From assembly GCA_964462785.1 (NCBI GenBank), contig CAYWZA010000004.1, forward strand, positions 1 through 58,285: a DNA stretch of 58,285 nt. Reading direction: 5' to 3'. A model generated the notes under the pieces. That model searched no databases. It was not told the DNA's origin and worked only from the letters and a program-made list of their open reading frames with translations. This document shows positions 8,196-20,419 of the stretch, piece after piece (the stretch's first letter is position 1; each line of letters opens with the position of its first letter). Source of the stretch: an uncultured Candidatus Saccharibacteria bacterium (GTDB taxonomy: Bacteria > Patescibacteriota > Minisyncoccia > Phycocordibacterales > UBA2100). A program made the translations under genes and the position numbers.

Positions 8196-8595
8196 CATAT
8201 GCTAGCGGTTTTTCTTTTTCGCGGCATGGTGAGCACAGGCATCCTGTGGGCTTAATAAACTCATCAAAATATTCTTTCCCGTAATCAATAGTGAGCTCCT
8301 CGCCAGTCTCGATCCGACGCACCGCATAAAAAAATATCTGCTCACCTTCGATGATCGCTTCACAATTCGGGTTGCATGAATGATTCACGTATCGCGCAGT
8401 GTTGCCAAATGCCGCACCATCAATCGTCCAGCCATTTTCAAGATCAAAGAGATACCGTGTGGTGAGCGCATCCGCAAGCGGGGTCGGAATCTTGATGCCG
8501 GTGTATTCGATGACACACACACCTTTGCGAAACGACTCGCGCGCAAAAAGCCCACGACCCGTGACCGAGCGACGAACTTCCCATCGACTGTTCAT
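8164..8595 (-). CDS. SET-domain protein (putative lysine methyltransferase)
   Basis: NHSCNPNCEA ... ELTIDYG ... post-SET-like CLCSPC. The start is set at MNSRWEVRRS. The ORF is open to 8709. Confidence 0.8.
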   Translation of the reverse strand: MNSRWEVRRSVTGRGLFARESFRKGVCVIEYTGIKIPTPLADALTTRYLFDLENGWTIDGAAFGNTARYVNHSCNPNCEAIIEGEQIFFYAVRRIETGEELTIDYGKEYFDEFIKPTGCLCSPCREKEKPLAYASGSRSSTRE

Positions 8596-8675
8596 AGAAC
8601 CAGAAAATACAACACGCCACAGTTTTACGCAAGCGCCGCCTATGCATGGTGCAATTTTTACGGCATAATATGTGT

Positions 8676-8894
8676 ATGTCTCCCGAAGCATCAGCGCTCG
8701 CCACCCCACTCTTGTGGATCATATTTGGAGCGGCAGCGCTCGTCAGCGCTATTCTCGGCATCATTATTGCCTACCATTGGACCCGCTTTAGTGCCAACCC
8801 TGTCCTTTCATTTTTTACGATTGCTGTATACGCGGGTGGATGCGTTGTTCTTTTAGGAATTATGTTTGCAAGCGTCGTCGCTCTTACATTTTAG
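8676..8894 (+). CDS. small membrane protein (2 TM)
   Basis: Hydrophobic segments are LLWIIFGAAALVSAILGIIIAY and FFTIAVYAGGCVVLLGIMFASVV. It lies immediately upstream of the bPH gene. Confidence 0.45.
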   Translation: MSPEASALATPLLWIIFGAAALVSAILGIIIAYHWTRFSANPVLSFFTIAVYAGGCVVLLGIMFASVVALTF

Positions 8895-8900
8895 ACTTGT

Positions 8901-9443
8901 ATGTCCCACACCACCTTCACCATCCATCCCGACGAGCAGATATCGCTGCATCTACACAAGCACTGGTTTCTGCTCCTGCGCGATGCTGGCGGTGTTGTCC
9001 TTGCTGGCGTGGCGTTGCCGCTTTTGAGTGCGCTGGCGCTCGGTAATCTGGAAACGGTGAGCAACACCGTCGCCGCGCTCTATATTTTCTGCATATCAGC
9101 ATGGCTCCTCGCCATCTGGATTAGCGTCGCTGTCATTTGGACGAATTATTATCTCGATATGTGGGTGGTCACCGATCACCGCATCATTCATGTGGAGCAA
9201 TATCGCCTGTTTGTGCGCGAGGTGGTCACACTGCCGCTTGAGCGCGTGCAGGATGCCCGCATCGTCTACAACGGCTTCATCGAAACAGTGCTCGATTTCG
9301 GTACCATCCATGTGCAGAGCGCCGGCGCTGATGTCCATGAGGTGTCCATGGATGGCATGCCTTCACCAAATACCATCAAGCAGGAAATTCTCGCAAGCGT
9401 AGACCGGTTCCGCGAAGCGCATGTGTACACGCGCTCTTCCTAG
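8901..9443 (+). CDS. membrane protein with bacterial PH domain (YdbS/YdbT-like, bPH_2)
   Basis: Two N-terminal TM helices, then WVVTDHRIIHVEQYRLFVREVVTLPLERVQD ... GTIHVQSAG, typical of bPH_2. Confidence 0.6.
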   Translation: MSHTTFTIHPDEQISLHLHKHWFLLLRDAGGVVLAGVALPLLSALALGNLETVSNTVAALYIFCISAWLLAIWISVAVIWTNYYLDMWVVTDHRIIHVEQYRLFVREVVTLPLERVQDARIVYNGFIETVLDFGTIHVQSAGADVHEVSMDGMPSPNTIKQEILASVDRFREAHVYTRSS

Positions 9444-9493
9444 ATGCTGGCTGGCACGAACATCATCGCTAACGTATTATTTATACCATCACC

Positions 9494-10750
9494 ATGAAAA
9501 AGAAAGCGCTTTCGACCGAGAGCTATAAGGGCGTCCGCGATTTCTATCCGGAAGATCAATTCATACAGGAGTATCTGTTTGAAACCATGACAAACGTGTG
9601 TGAGCGCTTCGGCTACGAATCATACAACGCGAGCATCCTCGAGCCCGCCGAGCTGTATCGCGGCAAGACGAGCGAGGAGATTGTGAACGAGCAGACATAC
9701 ACATTCACCGACCGCGGTGATCGCGAGGTGACGCTCCGCCCCGAGATGACCCCGACCGCCGCGCGCATGGTCGCGCACAAGCGACACGACCTCGTCTTTC
9801 CGCTACGCTGGTACACTATCGCAAACGTCTTCCGCTATGAGCGACCGCAGCGCGGTCGCCTCCGTGAGCACTGGCAGCTCAATGCCGATATCTTTGGCGC
9901 AACGGGAATAGAAGCTGAAGCGGAAATAATCGCCCTCGCCCACCAGATCATGCTCGACATTGGTGCCACCGAGCACGACTTCGAAATTCGCGTCAGCGAT
10001 CGCACGCTGCTCAACGCTATTTTCGAAGGCTGCGCACTTGCCGATGACGAGCGCCGCCGCGTCACGCGCCTTCTCGACAAGCGCGACGAGATGGAAGATT
10101 TCCGTGCCGCCGTGATGAAGGTTGTCTCCGCAGAAAAAGCCGACGCATTGCTCGACGGGCTTTCGCGCGCAAGCTCAAATGCACATCTCGAAGAATTGCT
10201 GAGTTTGCTCTACAAGCTCGGCATCACCAATGTGCATATCGACACTGGCATCGTGCGCGGATTTGATTACTACACCGGTATGGTGTTTGAAGTCTTCGAC
10301 ACTGCCGCGCAAAACACACGATCAATTTTTGGCGGAGGTCGCTACGACAATCTTCTTGCCATGTTCGACCAAGAGCCCGTTCCCGCAGTCGGGTTTGGTA
10401 TGGGTGATGTGACCGCGCGCGATTTTCTCGAAACGCACGGCCTTTTGCCACGCTACATGCCCGCGACCGAGCTCATGCTTTGCGTCATGGATGCAAAGCA
10501 TACCGCGCATGCGATGAAACTCGCTCAAGATTTACGCCGCGAGGACGTCGCCGTCGCAGTCAATTTTTCAGGCAAGCGCATCGGCGATCAAGTAAAGCAG
10601 GCCGATAAGCTCGGCATTCCGTTCATCGTCGCTATTGGCGACAAAGAGCGCGATTCAGGCCAATACACACTGAAGCACCTCCCGACTGGCAACGAATTCA
10701 TCCTCCCCGCCGAAAACATCCCCTCCCACATGCTCTCGGCGCTGGGCTAA
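9494..10750 (+). CDS. hisS: histidine--tRNA ligase
   Basis: 418 aa. N-terminal GVRDFYPED, class II motifs (RYERPQRGRLREHWQ, GGGRYDNL) and a C-terminal anticodon-binding domain. Confidence 0.95.
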   Translation: MKKKALSTESYKGVRDFYPEDQFIQEYLFETMTNVCERFGYESYNASILEPAELYRGKTSEEIVNEQTYTFTDRGDREVTLRPEMTPTAARMVAHKRHDLVFPLRWYTIANVFRYERPQRGRLREHWQLNADIFGATGIEAEAEIIALAHQIMLDIGATEHDFEIRVSDRTLLNAIFEGCALADDERRRVTRLLDKRDEMEDFRAAVMKVVSAEKADALLDGLSRASSNAHLEELLSLLYKLGITNVHIDTGIVRGFDYYTGMVFEVFDTAAQNTRSIFGGGRYDNLLAMFDQEPVPAVGFGMGDVTARDFLETHGLLPRYMPATELMLCVMDAKHTAHAMKLAQDLRREDVAVAVNFSGKRIGDQVKQADKLGIPFIVAIGDKERDSGQYTLKHLPTGNEFILPAENIPSHMLSALG

Positions 10751-10784
10751 AATGGCTCAATTTGGGGTGATTTTTAAGAAAATC

Positions 10785-10813
10785 TTGACAAAGTAAGCTT
10801 ATGGGTATATAAT
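10785..10813 (+). promoter_or_regulatory. consensus sigma-70-type promoter
   Basis: TTGACA (10785-10790), a 17-nt spacer, then TATAAT (10808-10813). Confidence 0.55.
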
Positions 10814-10819
10814 GTACAT

Positions 10820-10981
10820 ATGATCAAACAGGACACCGAACCGATCGCTTAGTGTGCTCCCGCGAGATCGCCTCGAAAAGACCCCTGTGTGGGGTCGGGC
10901 ACGAGAGTGGGTGCCTAACAAGCCCACTGAATTGCCCAAAACAAACGGGCCCCGCGCTTTAAGCCGGGGCCCACGTTTTTT
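10820..10981 (+). ncRNA. candidate small RNA or cis-regulatory leader, unclassified
   Basis: It starts ~7 nt after the consensus -10. Hairpin GACCCC/GGGGTC is present. A pseudoknot-like arrangement pairs GGCAC/GTGCC and GTGGG/CCCAC. It ends in an 8-bp GC stem (10947-10972) plus T6. The only ORF is a 10-codon one. Confidence 0.4.
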
Positions 10982-11030
10982 AAAATGTTTTCCACAGCGT
11001 CTCTTTTTATGCTTCTGCTACAATGCCTCG

Positions 11031-11606
11031 GTGCGCATCATTACCTTTGACATAGAAACATCAAATCAGTTTTCCGAAGTGGGGTCGAATGATCCAACGA
11101 AACTCGATATATCAGTTGTCGGCATTCACGATTCGGAAACAAACGAGCTTCAAGCTTTTTTCGTCCACGAATTTTCTCAGCTTTGGAAAGTAATCGAGAG
11201 CGCAGATGCGCTCGTCGGATATAATTCAGATCACTTCGACATCCCTCTTTTAAATAAATACTACCCTGGCGACCTCATGCGTATTAAAAGCATCGATATT
11301 CTGAAAGAAATTCATGGCGCGCTCGGGCGGCGCGTAAAGCTTGATGCAGTCGCCGAAGGTACGCTCAAAGAGCGAAAATCCGGCCACGGACTTGATGCTA
11401 TAAAATGGTGGCGTGCTGGCGAGAAAGAAAAAGTCCGCGATTACTGCCTCAAAGATGTCGAGATCACACGCAAAGTATTCGACTACGCGCTCAAAAACGG
11501 TTCACTCAAATTTACCGAGCTTGGCAAAACTAAGGAAGTAAAGCTCGACACCCGCCACTGGCTGACGCAAAAACGATCTGCGCTGACGCATACGTTGGGA
11601 TTCTGA
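11031..11606 (+). CDS. DEDD-type 3'-5' exonuclease (RNase H-like fold, PolB-exonuclease-like)
   Basis: IITFDIETSN (ExoI), GYNSDHFDIPLL (ExoII), DYCLKDVEITRKVF (ExoIII). The GTG start is chosen because the upstream part of the ORF covers a terminator hairpin. Confidence 0.7.
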   Translation: MRIITFDIETSNQFSEVGSNDPTKLDISVVGIHDSETNELQAFFVHEFSQLWKVIESADALVGYNSDHFDIPLLNKYYPGDLMRIKSIDILKEIHGALGRRVKLDAVAEGTLKERKSGHGLDAIKWWRAGEKEKVRDYCLKDVEITRKVFDYALKNGSLKFTELGKTKEVKLDTRHWLTQKRSALTHTLGF

Positions 11607-11609
11607 TAA

Positions 11610-11646
11610 AAAAGCGGCCTGCCCCGCGAAGGGCAGGCCGCATTTA
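11610..11646 (+). terminator. bidirectional intrinsic terminator
   Basis: 11-bp stem gcggcctgccc/gggcaggccgc flanked by an A-run and a T-rich tail. It lies between convergent genes. Confidence 0.65.
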
Positions 11647-11655
11647 TGGACACCA

Positions 11656-12156
11656 TCAGACCCACTTGAGGTCGACGATGTAGTAGTCTCCATCGCCGTA
11701 CGCTAGATCCTCATCGTACGGAACATCGATCTTCACGGTCACAAGCCCGGCATATCGGACTGTCACCCACGCGGAAAACATGTGCAGCTGCGAGCTTCTC
11801 CACGCTTCGCTCTTGTCTTCCATAAAGCACTTGTCCGAGCCGAACATGTCGAGCTTCTCGAACAAAGGGTGTCGTACTTTTCCGGTATCGACATCCCCGT
11901 CGTAATCCTCACGATGCCACCAATACCACCAATGGTATAGCCGCGTTTCTTTGGCTGACTGCACCACTGTATCGATCTCATCCGCCATCCCATCGAGCTT
12001 CTGCAAGAAGCCCATGAGCGGTGGGGGTTCAAGAGGTCTTGCACCTTCGGCTGTGATCTCTGCCGATGTGCTCTCCGCCTCTGATGCAAGTTTCCTCAAT
12101 TTGTCCATCCGCTTGAGCCCTTGGATGAAATGGCATATTTCCACATTCGTCTGCAT
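11656..12156 (-). CDS. hypothetical acidic protein with Trp-rich segment
   Basis: 166-aa ORF containing RLYHWWYWWHREDYDGD. No family recognised. Confidence 0.5.
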   Translation of the reverse strand: MQTNVEICHFIQGLKRMDKLRKLASEAESTSAEITAEGARPLEPPPLMGFLQKLDGMADEIDTVVQSAKETRLYHWWYWWHREDYDGDVDTGKVRHPLFEKLDMFGSDKCFMEDKSEAWRSSQLHMFSAWVTVRYAGLVTVKIDVPYDEDLAYGDGDYYIVDLKWV

Positions 12157-12254
12157 AGCTCTTCTTTCCTGTTCCTGTTGAAAAAACGGCGAGCGCTTTA
12201 CTCAACCGATTTTTATTATACACATACTTGATTGATTCGTCAAGTGCACTTTGG

Positions 12255-13061
12255 TTAACGCGTCACCATAGTGAGCACCGCCGCAGCAAGCGCGAGTCGA
12301 TACCAGACAAAGACCATCATTGAATGCGTGCGGAGATAGCGCATGAGGTAGTGGATGACAGCGAGCCCGACGGCAAACGCCATGGCCGCTCCGATAATGA
12401 TTGCTGGGAGATCATTCCCCACTCCGGTCACACTCAAGTCAGCTATTTTCTTAGCACCGGCGCCGAGCAAAAGCGGCACGGCAATCAAGAACCCAAAACG
12501 CGCGGCGTGCTCGCGTCGCAATCCCAAAAACATTCCGCCGGCAATCGACATACCCGAGCGACTCATGCCGGGAATGAGTGCGAGCGATTGAAAGAATCCT
12601 ATAGCAAGCGCTCCCTTAAATGCTGGCGCCCCGCTCTCATCAAAAGCGCGCGCCCATTTCTCTGCTGCCCACATTATAAGCGAGCCGATGACCAGCATTG
12701 TGGCGACGAGCTCTGCACTTCTGAAAACGGTGTTCATTTTGTCTTCAAGCAAGACGCCGAGTATCACCGCGGGAATCGTGGCGAGCACAATACCAAACAG
12801 TAGGCGTACGGATGTGCTTTCGGTCGGTCGCCGCAACATGAAATCAATTGCGGTGCGCACGAGCACGCGTATATCAGTATGAAAATATACTAAGACTGCG
12901 CAGGCGGTCGCAAAATGAAGCATTGCGTCGAAAGCTAGTCCCCCCTCAAGACCAATGCCGAATAACTCACGCGCGAGTATCAAATGCCCCGAAGATGAAA
13001 TCGGAAGAAATTCGGTCAATCCTTGCACCACGCCGAGTGTGATTGCGTCAAGTATGGACAT
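12255..13061 (-). CDS. uppP: undecaprenyl-diphosphate phosphatase
   Basis: The N-terminus GVVQGLTEFLPISSSGHLIL and the polytopic profile are typical of BacA/UppP. Confidence 0.9.
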   Translation of the reverse strand: MSILDAITLGVVQGLTEFLPISSSGHLILARELFGIGLEGGLAFDAMLHFATACAVLVYFHTDIRVLVRTAIDFMLRRPTESTSVRLLFGIVLATIPAVILGVLLEDKMNTVFRSAELVATMLVIGSLIMWAAEKWARAFDESGAPAFKGALAIGFFQSLALIPGMSRSGMSIAGGMFLGLRREHAARFGFLIAVPLLLGAGAKKIADLSVTGVGNDLPAIIIGAAMAFAVGLAVIHYLMRYLRTHSMMVFVWYRLALAAAVLTMVTR

Positions 13062-13118
13062 GTAGTGGTGTCTCTATGATATACTGCACAGGTTAATTAT
13101 CATAGCTGCAAAATATTT

Positions 13119-13817
13119 ATGGACACCATGCAAAGACTCGCCGTACCGCTCGCTATCGTCGTCGCCGGAGCACTCATCGCCGTCGCCCTTTATTTCTCAA
13201 ATCAGAATCGTGTTGCCGGTCCTACGGGAAATGAGCAGCGGCCGACCGTCGCGGAAGATATACGCGGTGTCCAGAAGGACGATCATGTCCGCGGCAATCC
13301 AAACGCAGAGCTCGTCATCGTTGAATATTCAGACACCGAATGCCCCTTCTGCAAAAATTTCCACAACACAATGAAGCAGGTGATTGATACTTACGGTGCT
13401 GATGGAAAGGTGGCATGGGTGTATCGCCATTTCCCGCTCGCCCAGCTCCATCCGAAAGCTCCGCACGAAGCGGTGGCGCTTGAATGCGCAGCTGAGCTCG
13501 GCGGCAATGAAGGCTTCTGGAAATACACGGATAAAATTTATGCAGTGACGCCATCCAATAATGGGCTCGATACCGCGCAGCTTCCGGTGATCGCCGAGCA
13601 GGTTGGTCTCGATAAGGCTGCCTTCACCACCTGTCTCGAGAGCGATAAGCATAAGGCACGCGTCGACAAAGACATGGCAGAGGCAGTCGCAGCCGGCGGG
13701 CAGGGCACGCCGCATTCGATCATCATCTTCGGTGGCGAGCAGCTTCCGATTGAGGGCGCACAACCATTCGAAGTCGTGAAGAACATGATTGATACGTTGC
13801 TTGCCGGGCAGGAATAG
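13119..13817 (+). CDS. DsbA-family thiol:disulfide oxidoreductase, membrane-anchored
   Basis: N-terminal TM helix and a thioredoxin-fold CPFC active site (YSDTECPFCKNFH). Confidence 0.8.
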   Translation: MDTMQRLAVPLAIVVAGALIAVALYFSNQNRVAGPTGNEQRPTVAEDIRGVQKDDHVRGNPNAELVIVEYSDTECPFCKNFHNTMKQVIDTYGADGKVAWVYRHFPLAQLHPKAPHEAVALECAAELGGNEGFWKYTDKIYAVTPSNNGLDTAQLPVIAEQVGLDKAAFTTCLESDKHKARVDKDMAEAVAAGGQGTPHSIIIFGGEQLPIEGAQPFEVVKNMIDTLLAGQE

Positions 13818-13852
13818 CGCGGCGCGACTATCTCCATTCGGAAAACAAAAAG

Positions 13853-13882
13853 AGGACCGGGGAGCGAAAGCTTCCCGGTCCT
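13853..13882 (+). terminator. hairpin terminator between convergent genes
   Basis: Stem aggaccgggga/ttcccggtcct with one mismatch and an 8-nt loop. Confidence 0.45.
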
Positions 13883-13896
13883 ATGTGTCTTCACTT

Positions 13897-14067
13897 TTAT
13901 TTCTTCGACCAGTCGATACACGCAGCGAATATCAGAATCAGGGGCACCGCGTACAGTGCCGAACCGATGGCCTCGCCCCAATGAGGCTCATTTTGGAAAG
14001 CCTCTAAGAACAGGCTGCCGAGCACCATGCCGACACTGAACATGACCGCCTTCATCAATACACTCAT
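13897..14067 (-). CDS. small membrane protein
   Basis: 56-aa product with two hydrophobic helices. GGAGAAG RBS lies upstream of ATG 14067. The ORF is open to 14154. Confidence 0.45.
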   Translation of the reverse strand: MSVLMKAVMFSVGMVLGSLFLEAFQNEPHWGEAIGSALYAVPLILIFAACIDWSKK

Positions 14068-14089
14068 CGTCTTCTCCTTTTTGAGTTGC

Positions 14090-14419
14090 TTAAATTTTCG
14101 TGACGGATATCTTAACCCGTCCCAGATACCTTGCCGCCAGTTGCCCCACAGCAAATGGGATCAGCACGTACACTGGACCATACGCTACGAGCCCAAGTAA
14201 AACGTATCCAATCCCAGAGTCTCCGGGATAGGACGCTGCCGCCATCACGATGCCCAGGTAGCACCCAACCACGACAGCACACAGCTTCCAGACGGCGCTA
14301 GCCGTTTTTGACGTGTAACCTACCAATCCTGAGAGGATGGCAGTGGGTATCGTCACATACCAAAACATGACAAACACCACCATCAATATTTCTAAGTGCG
14401 TCAAAATATCTTGCTGCAC
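14090..14419 (-). CDS. small polytopic membrane protein
   Basis: 109-aa ORF that is almost entirely hydrophobic helices. Confidence 0.5.
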   Translation of the reverse strand: MQQDILTHLEILMVVFVMFWYVTIPTAILSGLVGYTSKTASAVWKLCAVVVGCYLGIVMAAASYPGDSGIGYVLLGLVAYGPVYVLIPFAVGQLAARYLGRVKISVTKI

Positions 14420-14558
14420 GTGTGTCTCCTTAGTTTCAGTGGCACCTTCGCCACCTTTTTACATTATACTACATTTGGATCTAATATGCAACTTTTCATG
14501 GGCAATCGCACCATGCATGAGTTATGAATTTTCATGAAAGACTGCTACAATTTCGCAC

Positions 14559-15320
14559 ATGTCGCATACAGCACTGGAAGTACAGAATATCAAGAAACGC
14601 TACGCAAATGGCACCGAGGCACTGAAAGGTGTCTCGCTCACGGTGCCGCAGGGCGACTTTTTTGCACTCCTTGGTCCCAATGGTGCAGGTAAAACCACCA
14701 TCATCGGCATCGTGACTGGGCTCGTTACCAAGACGGAGGGCACCGCGTCAGTGTTTGGCAATGATATTGATTCCGCAACCGAACAGGCAAAGGCCTGTAT
14801 CGGGCTCGTCGGGCAGGAAATAAATTTCAACCCATTTGAGAAGCCACTTGATATCGTGGTCAATCAGGGCGGCTACTATGGCATCCCCCGCTCTGTTGCA
14901 ATACCGCGCGCCAAAAAATTGCTCACCGATCTGGGGCTCGGAGAGAAAATGCTGCAGCGGGCAATGACGCTCTCGGGCGGCATGAAGCGCCGGCTGATGA
15001 TCGCTCGCGCACTCATCCATGAGCCGCGTTTTCTCATCCTCGATGAACCCACCGCCGGAGTCGACGTCGAGCTGCGCCGCAGCATGTGGGATTATTTGCG
15101 CACACTCACTAATGAGGGTCTCACTATCTTGCTTACCACGCATTATCTGGAAGAAGCGGAGCAGCTTGCGAAACACGTCGCGATCATCAATAAGGGCGAG
15201 ATTATCGCGCACGGCACCATGGAGGAAATCCTCGCCATGCATGATGGGAGTGGCGAGGGCGATGGCTATCGTGGCGGACGCCTCGAGCAAGTGTTCTTAA
15301 AGCTTACCAGCGGGCAATAA
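14559..15320 (+). CDS. ABC transporter ATP-binding protein (ABC-2 exporter type)
   Basis: Walker A GPNGAGKTT, signature LSGGMKRRL, Walker B FLILDEPTAGVD. Confidence 0.9.
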   Translation: MSHTALEVQNIKKRYANGTEALKGVSLTVPQGDFFALLGPNGAGKTTIIGIVTGLVTKTEGTASVFGNDIDSATEQAKACIGLVGQEINFNPFEKPLDIVVNQGGYYGIPRSVAIPRAKKLLTDLGLGEKMLQRAMTLSGGMKRRLMIARALIHEPRFLILDEPTAGVDVELRRSMWDYLRTLTNEGLTILLTTHYLEEAEQLAKHVAIINKGEIIAHGTMEEILAMHDGSGEGDGYRGGRLEQVFLKLTSGQ

Positions 15321-15329
15321 CCTATCACC

Positions 15330-16112
15330 ATGACACCCTACCAAAAATGGATTTCGTTCTATACGATGCTGCGCAAGGATGTGGTGCGCATGTTTCGCAT
15401 TTGGGTGCAGACTTTTCTTCCTTCGGTCATCACCTCCACGCTCTACTTCCTTATTTTCGGCACGGTGCTGGGCTCACAAATCGGCGATATGCAGGGCGTG
15501 CCGTACATGACATTCGTGGTTCCTGGGCTCGTCATGCTCGCCATCGTCACCACCTCCTATGCAAACACTTCGTTTACTTTTTTCACGTCAAAATTTTTCG
15601 CACGCTCTATTGATGAGATTTTAGTCTCCCCGACTCCCCCATGGCTCCTCGTTGCAGGGTTCGTTGCCGGTGGCGTGGTGCGCGGTACGCTCGTGGGACT
15701 CCTCGTGCTTGCTGTCTCGATATTTTTTACCGGTCTCTACCTGAGCATGCATAGTGCCCTTATCGTGCTCGCATTCGCGGTGTTGACCGCACTCGTTTTC
15801 TCGCTCGCGGGATTGGTCAATGGTATCTATGCAAAATCCATCGATGGAATCAACATCGTGCCCACGTTCGTGCTCACCCCGCTCGTATACCTCGGCGGCA
15901 TCTTTTATTCAGTGCATGCGCTCCCTGCGTGGTGGCAAACAATCACCTTCGCAAATCCCCTCTTCTATCTCATCAACGGCTTCCGCTATGGCTTCCTCGG
16001 CATCACCGATGTATCAGTGTGGCTCTCCGCAGGTGTGCTCTTGGGGATGATCGCTATACTCGCCGGCATGAACTGGTACTTCCTCCGCACCGGCCTTGGA
16101 CTCAAAAATTAG
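15330..16112 (+). CDS. ABC-2 type transporter permease
   Basis: 260-aa protein with about 6 TM helices, 9 nt downstream of the ATPase gene. Confidence 0.82.
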   Translation: MTPYQKWISFYTMLRKDVVRMFRIWVQTFLPSVITSTLYFLIFGTVLGSQIGDMQGVPYMTFVVPGLVMLAIVTTSYANTSFTFFTSKFFARSIDEILVSPTPPWLLVAGFVAGGVVRGTLVGLLVLAVSIFFTGLYLSMHSALIVLAFAVLTALVFSLAGLVNGIYAKSIDGINIVPTFVLTPLVYLGGIFYSVHALPAWWQTITFANPLFYLINGFRYGFLGITDVSVWLSAGVLLGMIAILAGMNWYFLRTGLGLKN

Positions 16113-16176
16113 AGCCTGCACTGGCGCTTTCTTGCGCAGGACATTATAGTGAAAAGAGACGCCATGGAGATACTCG

Positions 16177-16653
16177 ATGACCTCAATTCCGGATACCATC
16201 AAAACTGCATACATTGCGTGCGAATTTGAGACGAAGGAATCAGCGGGCGCTTTCTTGCAACGCTGCATGAATGAACGCCCGAGTGTACGTGTCACCCTCG
16301 CAGACCAAAGAACAGTCATCATTCCGCGTGATCAGACAGAAGCACTACAGGAGATCATGACGAGTGTGCCGCCGAAAGCATTTCACGAAGTGCGCGCGAT
16401 GTCAGAACGCACTCCGCATGAAGCAGCCTTGGCGCGTGGATGGCTCAGAGAGGCATTCGGACTTACTGAGAAGGAAAAAGCATACCTTGATGCCTTGGAT
16501 GAACGCGCTGAGCGAATGAGAAAGGTTCTTAATCTGCCAGACCCGGGTGAAGAGCGCAAACGGCTGCTGGCTATGGGAATTCCGCCTGAAAAAGTCGAGT
16601 GGATGATTATTGAACATATACTCACCTCCATTGGTTTTCGACGCAAGTATTAA
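16177..16653 (+). CDS. hypothetical protein
   Basis: 158-aa soluble ORF followed by a terminator. No family recognised. Confidence 0.5.
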   Translation: MTSIPDTIKTAYIACEFETKESAGAFLQRCMNERPSVRVTLADQRTVIIPRDQTEALQEIMTSVPPKAFHEVRAMSERTPHEAALARGWLREAFGLTEKEKAYLDALDERAERMRKVLNLPDPGEERKRLLAMGIPPEKVEWMIIEHILTSIGFRRKY

Positions 16654-16661
16654 GCGCCGAA

Positions 16662-16700
16662 CAAAAAGGGCCGGGATTGCTTCCGGCCCTTTTCTTTTTT
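16662..16700 (+). terminator. bidirectional intrinsic terminator (also serves rpoC)
   Basis: Stem gggccggga/ttccggccc flanked by an A-run and a long T-run. Confidence 0.7.
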
Positions 16701-16714
16701 GATAAGTAGTTTTT

Positions 16715-20395
<3,681 letters not shown>

Positions 20396-20419
20396 AGAAT
20401 TTTTTGAAGTGATTAAAAC

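Noticed and set aside
7764-8198. A 144-aa minus-strand ORF lies exactly antisense (codon-aligned) to ORF 7704-8195.
   Set aside because: Third-position GC is ~53% here versus ~63% for the plus-strand frame, and the plus-strand value matches the bias of confident genes. The ORF has no Trp and is Arg-rich, like a shadow ORF. This is a low-confidence choice either way.
10854-11030. The exonuclease ORF has a long N-terminal extension in the track, starting at 10854.
   Set aside because: The extension covers GC-rich hairpins and a stem-plus-T6 terminator and has no similarity to exonuclease N-termini. The conserved ExoI motif begins right after GTG 11031.
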